A DNA stretch of 64,000 bases from Spongospora subterranea f. sp. subterranea (Eukaryota), in assembly GCA_049724395.1 (NCBI GenBank), contig JAUGWO010000062.1:186001-250000 (forward strand). Direction: 5' to 3'. Under the pieces are notes generated by a model that did not search any database, was not told the DNA's origin, and worked only from the letters and a program-made list of their open reading frames with translations. Shown in pieces: positions 1 through 13,600 of the stretch. Position 1 is the first letter of the stretch. Every line of letters starts with the position of its first letter. The position numbers and the translations under genes were made by a program.

Positions 1-720
1 TTTGATTTTAAGCTGAGCTTTGCCCATATGAGCGAGCTTGTAATTATTCCCGCCCTCAGCTTTCATTGCCGACTCCAATACCCAGATCAACGACATTGAA
101 GTCTGGACTATTGGGTGGATGACAACTGGTTAGTAAACGCTTTAGGGACATTCATTTCGACACAAAATTGCGTGGACTATCGGACAACCATTTTTACACA
201 GAGGGAGTATGAGAATAATCAATCATTGGGCATAAGGATTAATCACCCCCTAATGCCATGGAGTGAGTCAAGCAGGATTACTCGAGTCCAGGGAATGGCT
301 AATACACACATTGGATTTGGAACGGATCCCGACGTGGAATTGCTACTTTGCTAAATCATGTCTGCCCTGCCCCAAACGGCCATCGTTTTGCCAATGAGGA
401 CGATGCCATGGTAAATCACCCTCCGCTCTATACGTGCATGCAGGAATTTTCGTCCGGGTGGCTTTTGAAAGTGTCAATACATATGCTCCCGTCTTTGAAC
501 AAGGAACATCACTGTAATCCTTATAAAGTAGCCTTGATCGGCTTCACTTGCCCTATTATTTTGTGCACTTGATATCCTACCAGGTGGATTTTTGTAGCGA
601 GCCCATAGATTTTAAAGTGAAATGGGGGCAAAGTAAAGTGGCATTGGCGCTTCTTCTCTGTTTGCTGGTGCCATGATGGAATTTGGGGAGTAAACAGTGA
701 CAGTGGATGCCATGTTGTGA
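1..720 (-). mobile_element. Degenerate Tc1/mariner (DD39D, plant/oomycete-type) transposase relic; probably continues past the window edge
   Basis: Manual minus-strand translation gives CHPPNSPDFNVVDLG (~125-80), matching the QPPNSPDxNxLDLG motif. In a shifted frame it gives VLESAMKAEGGNNYKLAHMGKAQLK (~82-5), matching the C-terminal GGNxYKxPHMxK motif. The segment normally between these motifs is deleted, and upstream frames contain stops. Confidence 0.65.
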
Positions 721-1393
721 GCGATTGATCTAATTTTCATCCAGAAGATGCGAATTTGGAATCACTTCTTTCGGCGAAAGAGAACGTGCAGATCAAACAC
801 TGCGACATAATTACAAATAATACACCACGCCCAACGACGTCACCTAGCGCTTTAAAGCGTTTTAGCTTGAAATTACAGCTCATCGACAACAAAAACAACC
901 AGGCTCAAATAACTGCACGAACTCATGGACACGCTTTTCATGAACTTGCCCAGGAAGGTTGAAGAGCTGTAGGCCTGTAGCATTGCCGAAACATGATTGC
1001 TGTTTTTTAGGTTTGACGAGTTTCTGTTGGCGAACAGCAACAGCCGAAGAGCCCAGGCAGCATGGGTTTGCCGAGTTTTGCTTTGACGTTGATAATTGAT
1101 TATCGTTGTGTTTGCTTCTTGAACGATATGTGGCTTCCGAATTGACAGAGGACATTCACATTAGTGAGGCAGTGGGACTCTTAAGCTGACTGTTACTTCC
1201 GCGTTGATCATCGTTGTCAATAACTGTGATTGCGTCATGCACGGAATTTAGCCGTGTGGTTACCCCCCACCGCCAGTCATACAGCGCGATCATGCCCCTC
1301 CCTATGTACACCCTTGTGCCCTGATCGGTGATCCGGTACCCCTTCCCATTATTAGCTCTTCCCAATCCCATACCAGTAAAAGTAATATCTCTC

Positions 1394-3868
1394 ATGAACA
1401 ATGGCGATAATGTCAGGACGACACGGTCAGGCCGTCGCGCGGTCTCTACTGACCGTGCAGCCGGAGCAAAACTCTCTGCAGAGTCCAAACCGCTTCCCAA
1501 GACGCCAAGACGCTCATGTCGGCCCCGGATTTCAAGATCGGACGATAAAGTTTCTCCAACAAAACAGGTGCGCAAGGTGACCGAACAGAGCGATACAGTG
1601 TCAAGATCAAGGAAATCGTCTCCTAATGATGAGGTTTCACCACCGAAACGTTCTCGTAAGGCCACTAATCGTTCGGGCAACACCGCTCCGAAGAAAAAGC
1701 CAGTAGCCAGAAATTTGATACCTACAGCAGAACCTTCTGAAGGGTCAAACGAAACCCCACAGGTTTTCGAAGCAGAATCAACGAGAGTGACCACAAATGA
1801 TATTGCGTTAGAAGATGCCTGGGCAGCACTCCATGAGTTCTCGTCGAATCAATCAACGGATAACATCGGTTGGGATCATGATAATCTCAATGATGATATA
1901 TGCATGATATGCGGAGAAGCTGGACTTCTAACAGTATGCTGTCGTTGTCGTCATTCAATTTGCTCGGATTGCATCTATAATCCTAACGAGATGGAACGAA
2001 TCGACGTCTGGGACTGTTCGTTCAGCCGGTTGAACTGCACGAAGAGGAATTACAAGAAACCAGTAGTTGATGATGGGGAACCAAAGAGAGGCACTCTTAG
2101 ATCAACAAAAAATGGTGTCGCTCGTGCTTCGAAATTTTCTAAGAAATTGTTTAACGTTGGCGACTTTGTTGAGGTCAATCGCAAATTCGCTCCTGCTATT
2201 GTTTTGACGAAGGCTTGGGGACTTAACCCAGATTCTGATTCCGAAAACAACGGTTCTGGGCCGATTCGTCCATGCTTAGCCAGGATTCGAAGTTATTCTC
2301 CGAACTTGGTTCAAGTGGAATTTCTCATCTATCCAGATCAGACGACTCTGAATTGTTGCAAACACGGGGAACTCCTAATAAGTCCAGTTTTGTATGATAT
2401 GTCCTTTGCCTGGATTTTGGGCAAACCCCCTAAACCTGTATATCTACATTCGATGCTGTCAAAAATGAAAAGGCTCCCCAAACGCGGCTCGTATTTTTTT
2501 GTTCGTCGTCGATATGACTTTGGAAAAAGGGTGACGCGCGCTTTGGTAGATTGCGATCCAGATGAATCCGAAGAGACAAGGCTCGTTGACACCAAAACCA
2601 CAAATTCGTCATCAAAACTTAATCATGTTGAAGACGCAATTCAGCGTCTCCAGCTATCAAATGCACCCGTTACCCTTCCATGTCGAGATGCAGAATGTAA
2701 GCAGATCGAAAATGTACTCAGAACGTCGATAAAGGTCGGGGGAAGCGGAGCCGGGTTATATATCTCTGGGTTGCCAGGCACTGGGAAGACGGCGACAGTA
2801 AGACGAGTTGTAAAGTTGCTACATCAAGATCTAGGCAAGAGTGCATTTAAGTATATTGAAGTAAACGCATTGAAGCTCCAGTCGCCTGTTCATGCTTATT
2901 CTGAGTTATGGCTATCGTTAAGTGGTAAGCGGTGCTCACCAGCTATGGCTTTGCATAATCTTCACGAATATTTCTCCTCTACGTCAACCGGAAAACGTCG
3001 CGAAAACAAACCTACAACTGTTTTAGTTCTAGACGAATTTGATTATCTTGTCCAAGGCAATTCCCACAAGGTAAAAGCTGTTTACGAACTACAGGAAAAT
3101 GAATCTGATGTTATTAAATCGTAGGTCATTTATAATCTTTTCGGATTTCCTTCTGCGGAAGGGTCCCGTCTTGTTGTTGTCGGTATCGCAAACACTCTAG
3201 GTCGGCTTTTTAATGGGTTACTGCAATTGTGTCTTACAAATCTTCTCGTAGATCTTCCTGAGCGGCTTGGCGGTAAAACATTCAGTCGCCTGGGATTAGC
3301 TAGGATGAACTTCGAGCCATACACATCAGCGCAGATCGAAGAAATTATTCTGTCACGGCTCAAGGGGCTTCGGGAATATGTCGACACAAACGCCATTTCG
3401 TATTGTGCCAAGTCAGTTGCGTCCATGTCTGGTGACGTTAGACGAGCGCTAGAAATAGTAGCAACTGCAGTTGAAATGTCGAAAAATGAAGCATGTATTT
3501 TAGAGATCAATCATATCATTGCAGCTCGTAATCTTTTCGCCGACTCAACCACCGTTCAAGTAATCAAGGCGGCGTCTTATCAAGAATGCACAATGTTATG
3601 TGCATTGATGCAAGAGTTAAAGACAACCGGAAAGTATGAATCCGAATATGATGTCGTTGTTCGAAAACACAAACGAATTTTATTGCAGCAAGGGCATTTG
3701 ACGCCTCCATCGACTGTAATTGACCGCATTATTTATGGACTTGCCAATATGAACCTTATTGGATTATTGTTTAAGCGAGGAGCTGTTCGTCCCGATCTTA
3801 GGTTGATTGCAAATCAGGAGGACATTAAATTTGCCCTTGCCGATTCTCCACTTTCTGTGATTATCTAA
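1394..3868 (+). CDS. ORC1: Origin recognition complex subunit 1 (basic N-terminus, Cys-rich PHD-like finger, BAH-like region, AAA+, winged helix)
   Basis: Motifs LPCRDAE, LYISGLPGTGKT (Walker A) and VLVLDEFDYL (Walker B). Introns 3071-3124 and 3201-3251 restore VIYNLF..IANTLDLPERL, followed by F-x-PY and SGDVRRAL. Confidence 0.9.
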
Positions 3869-4121
3869 CTGTATAAATTTGCCACAATCCCACTTCGATT
3901 TATGATGAGTTGCAACGCCGTTTATCTAACTCAATTAATGCTTTCGGCCCGGTCACTTTCATGTAGTAAATATCCCATCAATATATTTCTTGTTCTACGC
4001 CAGCGATGTTTCAAGTCGGAAAGGACAGATGGGAGCAAGCGTTGGTTGTTCGTAGTACTAGCAGATATCTTTCGGAAATAGGATCATATCACGTACTGTT
4101 ATTTTGCAAAAAGTACTGGTA

Positions 4122-4645
4122 ATGTCGATGAAAGCCAGCCGCCGTCAGCCGACGTCAACGGCCACATCCAGTGCTGACAAGGAGATATCGCTGTCGGGTT
4201 TCGATGAGACAAAATCCGAGGCCGATATGATTCGATGGCTGGCCATCCAATTGAACAGGTCGCCCGAGTCATTAGATTATTATGTGGCCGGTAAAGAGAC
4301 ATATGATGCCGGCATGTACAAGGCCAGCTCGACCTTCCTCAGGCATTACGTCCAGACGCCGAACTCCCTTCTCCCAGGACATCATCTTCTAGCATATGCG
4401 CTAGCGTCATTGAATCAACGGTCGAGCTCTATTGAACAGTTGCAGCTTTGCGTCAACGGTCAGCAAATCAAAGGCCGTTCAAGTTTCTCATATTGATTGA
4501 TTGCGTCGATATAGCTGGATTTGATTCTGATTGGCAATTATTGGTGGAGTTGACAATCGAGTTACTCCAAGAAACCGAATTGAAAGAAAAGGCTCAAGAG
4601 AAACTCCGAGATAATATCGAGATCGCTATAAACAAATTCGACTGA
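4122..4645 (+). CDS. Small TPR-like helical protein, 2 exons
   Basis: GT-AG intron 4459-4514 joins ORFs 4104 and 4448 in frame (CVN-AGFDSDWQ). TPR-like pattern YVAGKETYDAGMY..GHHLLAYALASL. Confidence 0.55.
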
Positions 4646-5690
4646 TTTAGGTCGGAGGGGGGTCATTAACGTACAACGTAACACGATAAACGACAACATG
4701 GTATGAGGAGCAGTTATGAAATACAGTATTAGGTCGTTCGAGGGAGTTGACCTCATATTGACCCTGAACGAGCAGAGGTCATCCAGGTTACGTTACAACG
4801 GCGAACGCTGAGGAGTTCTTTGTGTTCAAACGCCGTTGATATCGATGACGTCGTTCAGAACAAGGTCAGGTGCATATCACCATCCAGATTCTCAAGACAC
4901 AGGTAATCGTCAACATTTTCCGAATTTCGAATTTTTTCGTGCTGAGACGGCATGTGGTGCGGCAGTGAAATCGTGTCGCCGGTTATAAAACCCTCGCAGG
5001 CGAAATCGTCCCGTGAGTGACTAACGATTAGATAAACTCCATTGATTGGACTCAATTTCTTGGCGAAATCAAGGGATTACCAAGTCAACCCATATCTGCC
5101 TCGGTAATGTCTGAAGGAATCAGATCTAATCGCTTATCGAGCGCCTTACCCCAAATAGTACGCCCAGGCGCTCTGTTCGAATTTGCATCAGGAGCCTTCG
5201 TCTCATTACCTTAGTTATTACGAAATCACCGATAACGCTTAGGCCTTACAAGCAGAACATACCGACTACTTTCTGATCAAGTTTGTATTGGATATCAAAA
5301 TTCGTCAAATATCGATGAGATCAGTGAAGCTTAATGGCAATGGTCGCTCAATGAGTGTGTGTGTTGCCTGTTTCATGTTTTCTGGTCGATCGCGGCTGAA
5401 CGCCTAGGTGCACTATCCGGGGAGAAACGGTAGTGACGAAACAGGAAAACTCTTGCGACAAATCGTGAACAGAGAGGGTAAGATGACAATATGTTGGAGC
5501 AGTCCGAACTGGAAAACCCAACTCGTTTGATATACTAAAGCGACACTTCCAGCTTGGTCAGCGTCCAACAATATATTCTGAACTCATTCCTGCATCTGCG
5601 CTCACAGTTTTTTCTCGCTTGACAAACGAATACACAAATGCGGATTTCATTACGTATGCCACTGGACGTTCAAACAGTACTTTCTTTCTA
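4642..5690 (-). CDS. Possible multi-exon hypothetical gene
   Basis: Short open segments are separated by plausible GT..AG introns on the minus strand. No recognisable motif; boundaries uncertain. Confidence 0.25.
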
Positions 5691-5725
5691 TCCGCTCATG
5701 GAGATTGGGCGTTCGGGTAGTGTCT

Positions 5726-5745
5726 TCTCTCCCCGCGGGGAGAGA
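5726..5745. repeat. Perfect 20-bp palindrome TCTCTCCCCGCGGGGAGAGA
   Basis: The sequence equals its own reverse complement. Confidence 0.95.
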
Positions 5746-5849
5746 TTCCATTCTCTCCAATCAGTCACAAATGAGTGAAAATCTTGTAGTGAGTGACTTA
5801 ATAAGGTGACATGTGTCATATCTTGTGTAAGAGGGATACTGCATAATGT

Positions 5850-7170
5850 GGTTATCTTCGATTTTTCGACGATTGTCGGAGACGCTTCGTGTTGATGGCA
5901 CTGTTCCAACTCCAACTTGTCTTGACCAAGATGTAAATCCTGACAATCGTGTTGAGGCTGGTGACGATCCCTCGTATCAACTTGTTGAAATCGGGCGTGT
6001 CGATCCTTTTGAAGAAGCTTTTAAGTGCCCCATACCAAACCATAGCTTCGAATAACTGCATCGCGGTCGGTTCGCGCTTTGCCACATTTGAAGTAATGCT
6101 GTCTACCGTGAAGGAACTCTCGCGTTCCATCGGATTCCGGGTTGGCTTAAACCCACATTTTTTCACCAAGGGATAATCCCCATCCGATCCATGGCCCGGG
6201 CGTTGAAGTCTGGCAGCGAGGAAATCTTTATTCCACATTCAAGGACCCCGTTGTCAAAACGGAAAAAAGAGAGATAAAGTCAACTTGTACTTGGTCAATG
6301 AGCTTTGATAGACTCTCTTCAAAATACAGTATCAGCAGCAGCTTCCAAGACCACAATCACGAGATTAATAATTGTAATATAACTCCCGTCGGTGGACTGA
6401 AACAAGTAACTCTTGACGTGGATTTGAATGCAAGTGAGCGTGAATTGATTCATAGTTTTGCTCGCCACAATTCACCGTTGTCTAAGGTATTCGCTGTTGC
6501 ACGTCTACATTAAAATAAGATTACTGAGAGTTCATCCAATCAGATTAGGGAAATTATGGAGGGATCAAATCCTGGTAAACGTATTCGACTGGCCTCTTGT
6601 CCAGGTCAATCCGACGCAGAAAGGAATTGCATTTCGGCAAAGATCCGGATTGTATGACCAAGTTCGTGAAAGCGGGCTATGATCTTCGGGCTGCTGGAGG
6701 TGTTTTTAAGTATGCTATAGACATGTCGCAGCGTCTGTCAACTGTTTACGTGCAGGTGTCAATCATCAGTGTTTCGTTATTTCTTCATTTTGTTTACCTA
6801 TGGTTCAAACTGTTCAAATGTCGCAATACGCCACAGTTTATGGCGACTTCGCCATGGTTGATGGAGCCCATAACACCACCGCATAAAAACTTTGAAGTTG
6901 ATGCCGTTTCCCAATATTGATTGCCTGGGCAAGTCTGTAATCAGTGGCGTCTCTAACTGTTCCAGTGCTCCCCCCTAGGAAATGAGGCAGGGGTTCGGAT
7001 GATATTAACAGGTACTGTGTTGGCTCATATAAGAGAACAGGAAACGGAAACCATGTTGGTGTATTTAAGTGGTTGATTTTCAACAGATTATCGTTAATGC
7101 GGCGTAAGAAACACAAATGTTCGGAGTGCGTCAAGGCTGGTGCTGTTCCAGGCGACAATCATCGCGTGGG
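5850..7170 (+). mobile_element. Degenerate Mutator-like (MULE) transposase relic
   Basis: Fragments occur in the expected order: FAR1-like VGSRFATFEVMLSTVKELSRSIGFRV, then HNHE, then the first catalytic-Asp block YGDFAMVDGAHNT / LKLMPFPNIDCLGKSVISG (~6825-6950, broken by a stop and frameshift), then a C-terminal knuckle-like KHKCSECVKAG..NH. Multiple stops. Confidence 0.7.
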
Positions 7171-7987
7171 GGTTTAGTAAATGCCCTTTACGAGCCCCGT
7201 GTGCGTCTTTAGAATCTATTGTTCTGGAATAAAGGCATGCGATGTATTCAATTCAGTTGATCAATTCGACAAAATTCTACAGAACGCGTAAATTCCTTTG
7301 AGAGATCCAACACGAAATCAAATGTAGAGAACTGAGAGTCAATCTCATTGGCGGGGGTTTAATTATGCGTTAGAATTTAGATTCATTGCTGTAATTCTCG
7401 CCGGGAAATCTTCATCGTTGTTGGGATGGGTGGATTGCCAGACTTCCTCCCATTCTCACTATTTTGTGACTGTACATAAGGTTTATGAGTGGAGAGAAGC
7501 TAAACCGGATGCAGCCCCACTGTGTCAGACAAATGTACACTTGATTTCAGGTTTCGATACAGGTGTGCCTGTGGTGCCCATGGCCATCCCTCATCTGGAT
7601 ATGCAGTCGCAATCGGGCAACGTTGCGATTAAAGTGGAACAATAGCAATGATAATGTATGTGTCGTGTAGATGGGGTACACATCGCATATCGGTATGGAT
7701 CAGGCTCTGCACAACAACATTACTCATCTTTTTAGTGATCGGCAATTTTCTTAGCATTGTTGTTCGCAGATCAGAACATCGTTCTTTTCCTCATCAATAC
7801 CTCAGTTCTTACAAAGTATTCAGCATTCACAATCATCGATTTCTAATGAATGCACAAGGTGGTCCAGTATCTAAAATTTTATCTTCATTGCCTATGTTGT
7901 TGTTCTTGATTTGTTTTGAAGAGTGACTTTCTCAATAATGAATCCTGCTCATCTGCCGTGATTGATCGTGGTTATTGACGGTTTAGA

Positions 7988-9667
7988 ATGGCTAACGAGG
8001 CTCTGGTTCATGTGAATAATTTCAGCGACAGTGAATGTGTCCACCTGGTTGATTCAATGACGATGTCCCGGTTCCTCCATCGTCCCTTGTTGGAAGCTAT
8101 CGCAGCCCGAGCTCATTCAATTTCTGATTCACCGCATTTCATACCTCTACTAGTCGGATTGGTCAACGCTGGCTATCGAGATCGCACACTATTTGATATC
8201 GCAGCTGCCAATATCAATCCTGATTCTCTATCGCCATGCCAACTTAGTGCCCTGTTGCCTGCGCTTTTGCCCTCTTCGTCATCCGGAAATCGTGGTAATA
8301 TATTCGTGCGACACTGCAGGCGAACGATGCGCTCCTATTCCAATTTGGACTTTCAACGACTCATCAAGGCAGCTCCCTCTTCTTCTGGGCCTGTTTTCTT
8401 TCGCCATGCGTCTCGCGACTTGCATTATCGTGTTGGGAACGTTGATATTCAGTATTTATCGTCGATGATCGCTGATATTGCCAGTCGCGCTGGAACGTCA
8501 TGTATTCCTCATCATTTGCTGCATCGTGCCTGTATGCGTCTTATCCGATCACATGACGACAACTTGAATCCATTGTCTTTGTTATTGCCTGTGTTGTTTC
8601 AGTCATCCGGTTGCAAAGGCCTCCTAACTCTGTTATCTGGTCGAATATCGTCTGCTATCGATGGTCAGATGTCAGTACTTCCTGATGACCTGCTCCGTCA
8701 ATTCATTCTATCAATACCCGATACCATCCCCCTGTCCATGTTGTCTTCGTATCTGCCAACTCAGTCGTTCGAGGACCTGATCCAATTATATTACATGCGT
8801 TGCCCTCACACCAACGACGTCGTCTTGGCCGAAATCAACGCGAGAATTCACGCAATTGATAATACCTCCGAGTTGGTCAACATCGGATCGATTGTCAATG
8901 ATTGTACTAAGTTGATGGCGGCGACCATGTCGCGTTGCGCCCAATTACAACCCAATTCTGACGATATCTGCAAGTTGATTTCAATCAACGCTCGCGACAT
9001 TCCTTTGTCGTTGGCTATGGTTATATACCGGACCCTGCTAACAAATCAGGGTCGTGATACCGACCATCTGTTGCCGATGTTCGTGCGCATATCCAGATTG
9101 GGACTCGGACGTGATATTGCGGTTAATGTCGCCCAAACACTATTATCACGACCTGAGCACCAGCAACAGCACAGCCATCTTCTTGAACTCGTGTGGGCGT
9201 TGACCATTATCGAATCATTCGATGAAGATATCTGGGACGCTGTCCTGTCCAGATTAGCATTGATACCGTCCATTGTCACTGGTCGCCATTTACCTCGATT
9301 CTACATTTTCTCTGAGTTATACCGTGCTCATTTTGGTGTTCCCATTAGTGAGAAGTACCCAGCGTTAGCTTGCGTCATCACGATGGGGCATCAGGAGTTC
9401 ATCTCGCAGGAGGGGAACAGGCCCGGTGCGTGGCAATGCCCAACAACAGGAGTCGTCGCTGATGCTGTTAATGAGATTGACAGAATAGCCGTCATCGTTA
9501 ATCGAAACGATATGTTGATTGGATATCGAATACGGCCATGCGAGATTGCGCGTCGCAACATCTTACATGCTCGTGGATGGGAAATCAGATCGGCACCTTC
9601 ACTTTCTGTCGTTTACGACATCCTATCACCTAGGTCTGCCTTCCATAAATACATAAATAAACCATAA
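7988..9667 (+). CDS. Helical-repeat protein with C-terminal RAP-like domain (FASTK/OPR-like organellar RNA-binding); extra 5' exons likely from ~7580
   Basis: 559-aa Leu-rich ORF. The C-terminus GVVADAVNEIDRIAVIVN..IARRNILHARGWEI resembles the RAP consensus. Confidence 0.6.
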   Translation: MANEALVHVNNFSDSECVHLVDSMTMSRFLHRPLLEAIAARAHSISDSPHFIPLLVGLVNAGYRDRTLFDIAAANINPDSLSPCQLSALLPALLPSSSSGNRGNIFVRHCRRTMRSYSNLDFQRLIKAAPSSSGPVFFRHASRDLHYRVGNVDIQYLSSMIADIASRAGTSCIPHHLLHRACMRLIRSHDDNLNPLSLLLPVLFQSSGCKGLLTLLSGRISSAIDGQMSVLPDDLLRQFILSIPDTIPLSMLSSYLPTQSFEDLIQLYYMRCPHTNDVVLAEINARIHAIDNTSELVNIGSIVNDCTKLMAATMSRCAQLQPNSDDICKLISINARDIPLSLAMVIYRTLLTNQGRDTDHLLPMFVRISRLGLGRDIAVNVAQTLLSRPEHQQQHSHLLELVWALTIIESFDEDIWDAVLSRLALIPSIVTGRHLPRFYIFSELYRAHFGVPISEKYPALACVITMGHQEFISQEGNRPGAWQCPTTGVVADAVNEIDRIAVIVNRNDMLIGYRIRPCEIARRNILHARGWEIRSAPSLSVVYDILSPRSAFHKYINKP

Positions 9668-9699
9668 ATGGTATATTGTTGGATCGCGGTCTTCATGTT

Positions 9700-10420
9700 G
9701 GATAGTGGACTGTGATAAACTCGTTTTATCTATGTTCATCCCACAGCGGGCTTCACGCATTGGGCAACTGGACTGTTTCAAACTCGACACCTTTGTACGG
9801 ATTCGCTCTATTTTGGTGATATTCCTTCCAACATCAACTACTGCAGGTCCTCCTCACTGCAATCTTTGTTGTTCCTCTTTCGATGATCTTCCAGAGCGAT
9901 CTGGATCATGTGGTTGCCATGATTCAAGAGATCACCAACGGACGCGGAAATACAATAGGTAATGGAGCAGACGCCCACAGAATACTGACAGCACGTTATG
10001 ACTATGAGTTTTCAGAATCAAAGAGGAAAATATTGTCTTAGGCCAATCCTGTTTTTTGCCCCTTGACATCGAGAGCGATACCATTGTGTCTAGATCTTCG
10101 TTCGATCTTACAGCAAATTTTGTTGTTTGCTGATTCCGTCTATCTGGAATAGCATCAATTATCATTTTGACTAGGTTTTGTATCCACATATCGTTTGACC
10201 TTACATTGTTATTACTCGGACACACTCGTAACGATTCAACGCCGCGTCCGTTCACGACTTCCAATCTCAGTGTCATCAACCGACTTGACATCACATTTGA
10301 TCTCATGTTACAGCCATGCTGACAGACATAGTTGATGGTATCGTGTTCCTGTCAAACGATGAGTTGTGCGTTAAGTCGTGATGACACAGTATCACAGTGG
10401 GCATAGTGCTCTGCTCACTA
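9700..10420 (-). CDS. Possible hypothetical protein
   Basis: 124-aa ORF at 9932-10306 plus flanking exon-like segments; no recognisable homology. Confidence 0.25.
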
Positions 10421-10641
10421 TACCTGCGAATGCTTAAACAGACGTGTCATTGTTTCATATAGATTTGCAGTGGATATCCACATTGCAACTCCTTTCAAAT
10501 CATCTGCTCCAGAGTCCTGTCACACCGATTTACAATGAAAGGCTTACATTGGGTGAGGAGCGAATATCTAAAAATCAGATCAAGATATATTTTCAGCGGG
10601 TTTGCTCATCGATCATATCTGGCGGCTGAGGTCGTCCGGTA

Positions 10642-13600
10642 ATGGATTCTGGCCACGATGGTCATCCGCCTGAACCGGTAATATGAACTCGTTCCAATAA
10701 ATTGCCACATCCTGATTTGAACTGGTCAACAGATTACAATTACTGAATCGCTTAAGCCTAGTATTACACTACTGTCCTTGGCGCCGGAGCTTGCCTCAGC
10801 GCAACAACAGCTCCGGCGGCTGAAATACCAAATCAAAACCGAGGTTGATAAATTAGCCAATAGATTGCACGAGGCGGTAACCTCCGATTTTGAGCATGGC
10901 AAAGCACTTCTTCGGTTCCGGTTTGATGAGTTCGAAGCGGAGGTGGAAAAGCTAGTTGGAGATATGGAAGACGCTGAAGGAAGAATTGGCCATTGTAGAG
11001 CGGTGATGGAGAATTTTACGACCAATTCTCAAACGCAATATGAAGACCTAGAGAGCCATTACGCATCGATTTTGCTCTCAATTACTGAGCAACATAACTC
11101 GGCCAATGCTGAGCTACAACAATGCCTTACTGTCATCAGTAATGACCGACAGCAGATATCGGAACTCCTTGGCCAATTACAGGGAGCTCAAGAGGAGCTG
11201 GTTTCTTGCCGTATCAAAATCTCAAACCGAGATGAAATCATTTCCTCAATCCGTGGGGAGGGAGATCAATTAATTAAATATCGAATCTACCAGGTATCAG
11301 AAACAGTTTGCAGAATTCATTGGGCTCAAACAGTGCTGTTCACAGGATGAGGTCAACCAGTGGCACATTGCGCGGAACCGTATCGGTGGAACATTACGGT
11401 CCTGGGAAGATGAACAGGAAATGGCCACACGGCGGTTCCACAGCATGAGACAGGATTTACACACGATCACAGATCGTATGGTCAAACTAGAACAGTTATC
11501 GGCCCTTACTAGTCAAGAAACTGGGGTCAGAAATCGATGTTTTTTGTCTTGAATTGGCCCAGTTAACAGAAATCTTTTCAGACCACATGCTGCAAATTAC
11601 AATCGTTTCTGGCCGGTAACGCTGAGATACTTGAGCATGTCGACAATCAACAGCGCCATTGTCGTTCGTTAGATGACATATTGATTGATCCTGGGCAACT
11701 GTCCGACCGATATGGTCAAACTGCCTTTGATTTAAATGGCATTCGAGAATTGATTTCTGCACTAAAAACTGTTCAACAATATCATGCTGTAACTGAGGAG
11801 TTATTCGACGATCTAATCTTGAACAATCAAAGATTCAATGTTATGAGATACAATCAGTCATCATCATCTAGGCAACTCATCAGCGCATATCAAGACGTTA
11901 TAGACCATAATCAGTCACTTCTGGAACATAATCAACACCGGCACCATCACAAGCAGGTAATATATTCATTCATGTTCTGGAATACTTTTGAGCGAGGTAA
12001 ACGCGATTATAGTGCCTATTGATGAACGTGATGAACGCGATGACGCAAATGGTGATTAAAGAAAGAACGCTTCGGGAGGACTGCTATGCAGAGATTGTGC
12101 TAAAGCAAGATCAGTTTGATAAGGTGATTGAGGAAACGTTCAACAGAATCGTGCAGATTTCTAGCCATATCCATGAATCAGAAAGTAAGATGCGGTTATG
12201 CGAGAAACACCATGAGGTATAGCTGCGCTTCAAGTGACCATGATATGTTTCTAACATGATCAGTCAGATCATAGTACATCAGATACGGAAAGAACAAGAG
12301 AATACTATTGCCAAATGGGAAAGGAAGCTGCTCACAATAAAAAACGAGTCAAATGCTGCCATGAACATTTTGCATCAGAACATATCGGATACATCTGCGC
12401 AGCTATCCAATGCTCGACACCATGTGCAATTTCTAAAGGGGCAATCCGAATTGGACCAGGCTACAATTGCAAAGGAGCAGCTGACTATAAAAAATCTACA
12501 TGGGTCTCTGAATAGTATGGTGCTGTTGAGCGCTAATACACAACGCCAGATAATCGAGGAACATCGACGGCAACAAGAATTATATCAGCAGAAGGCGGTA
12601 GAAGACCTAACAATCATCACACAACTCCAAAAGGAGTATCACGACCTGTCGTTATCTTTCAAAGATTTGAAGGTGACGCACCGTAGGGTTTTCAATGATT
12701 TAGAGCAAGAAAAGTCCAGAACTCAACTATATTCAAGCATAGAATGCGAATTACGACGACAAATAGTCAGCATGAAAGAGGAACTGAGCCGTGTAAGGCA
12801 AGAGGCAAACGAAGTTATTAACGAGAGACAAGTACGAAATAATAATCAGGGTTGATATGAAGACACTGATTTCTGGGTACAGGATATGCACGATACAACT
12901 GTCGCTAATGTCATGGGTGATATTTTACAATTGCAGAGACAATTGGCGAGCACGACAACAACGTTGGGTTCACAAATAATCCAAGATCAGGCCGCATTTC
13001 ATACACAGTTGACGAGTTTGGAAAATGAATTATCCAAGTTGAGGAATAAATGCCGAGATTCTGAATCAGATGTGCAGAAGTTGACGGATCATATCAAGGA
13101 GAAAGACCACAGAATTCAGTCCGATAAGACAATCATACTGATGCTGCACGCGACGATAGATGAGTTGACCGCGAATAAGAACATAATGCAGACCAAAGTG
13201 GAAATTATAGTGCATGATCTAGAAATGAAGAATGAAGAGGTCGGGCATTCCAAGGCAGAGCTCGATGATCGTAGGGAAGCAATGAACTCCCTCATATCTT
13301 CTTTACGCCATGAAATTGACACCGGTGCTGTCGAGGTAGTGGATGTAAACCGAATCAATCAGAATTTCAACTTATAGTCACCCCGCACAGAACGTGAACA
13401 CAGGTGAAGAGCACGAACGCCTGTGCTCCTCATTCTGTTCAGCATCAGTTGATGATGTTGAAACGCGATGGAGCCGGGTGAGCAGTGAGCTGCAAGAGCA
13501 GCATAACAATCAAATGCGGAAAATGGCTGACGCTGTGGCAATCAAAGATCAACAATACATTCGCGAGGTTTCAAGGATACAATCGGCCTGTGATCAACAA

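Noticed and set aside
1156..1794. 212-aa minus-strand ORF and similar antisense ORFs
   Set aside because: These are shadows of real genes on the opposite strand (here ORC1).
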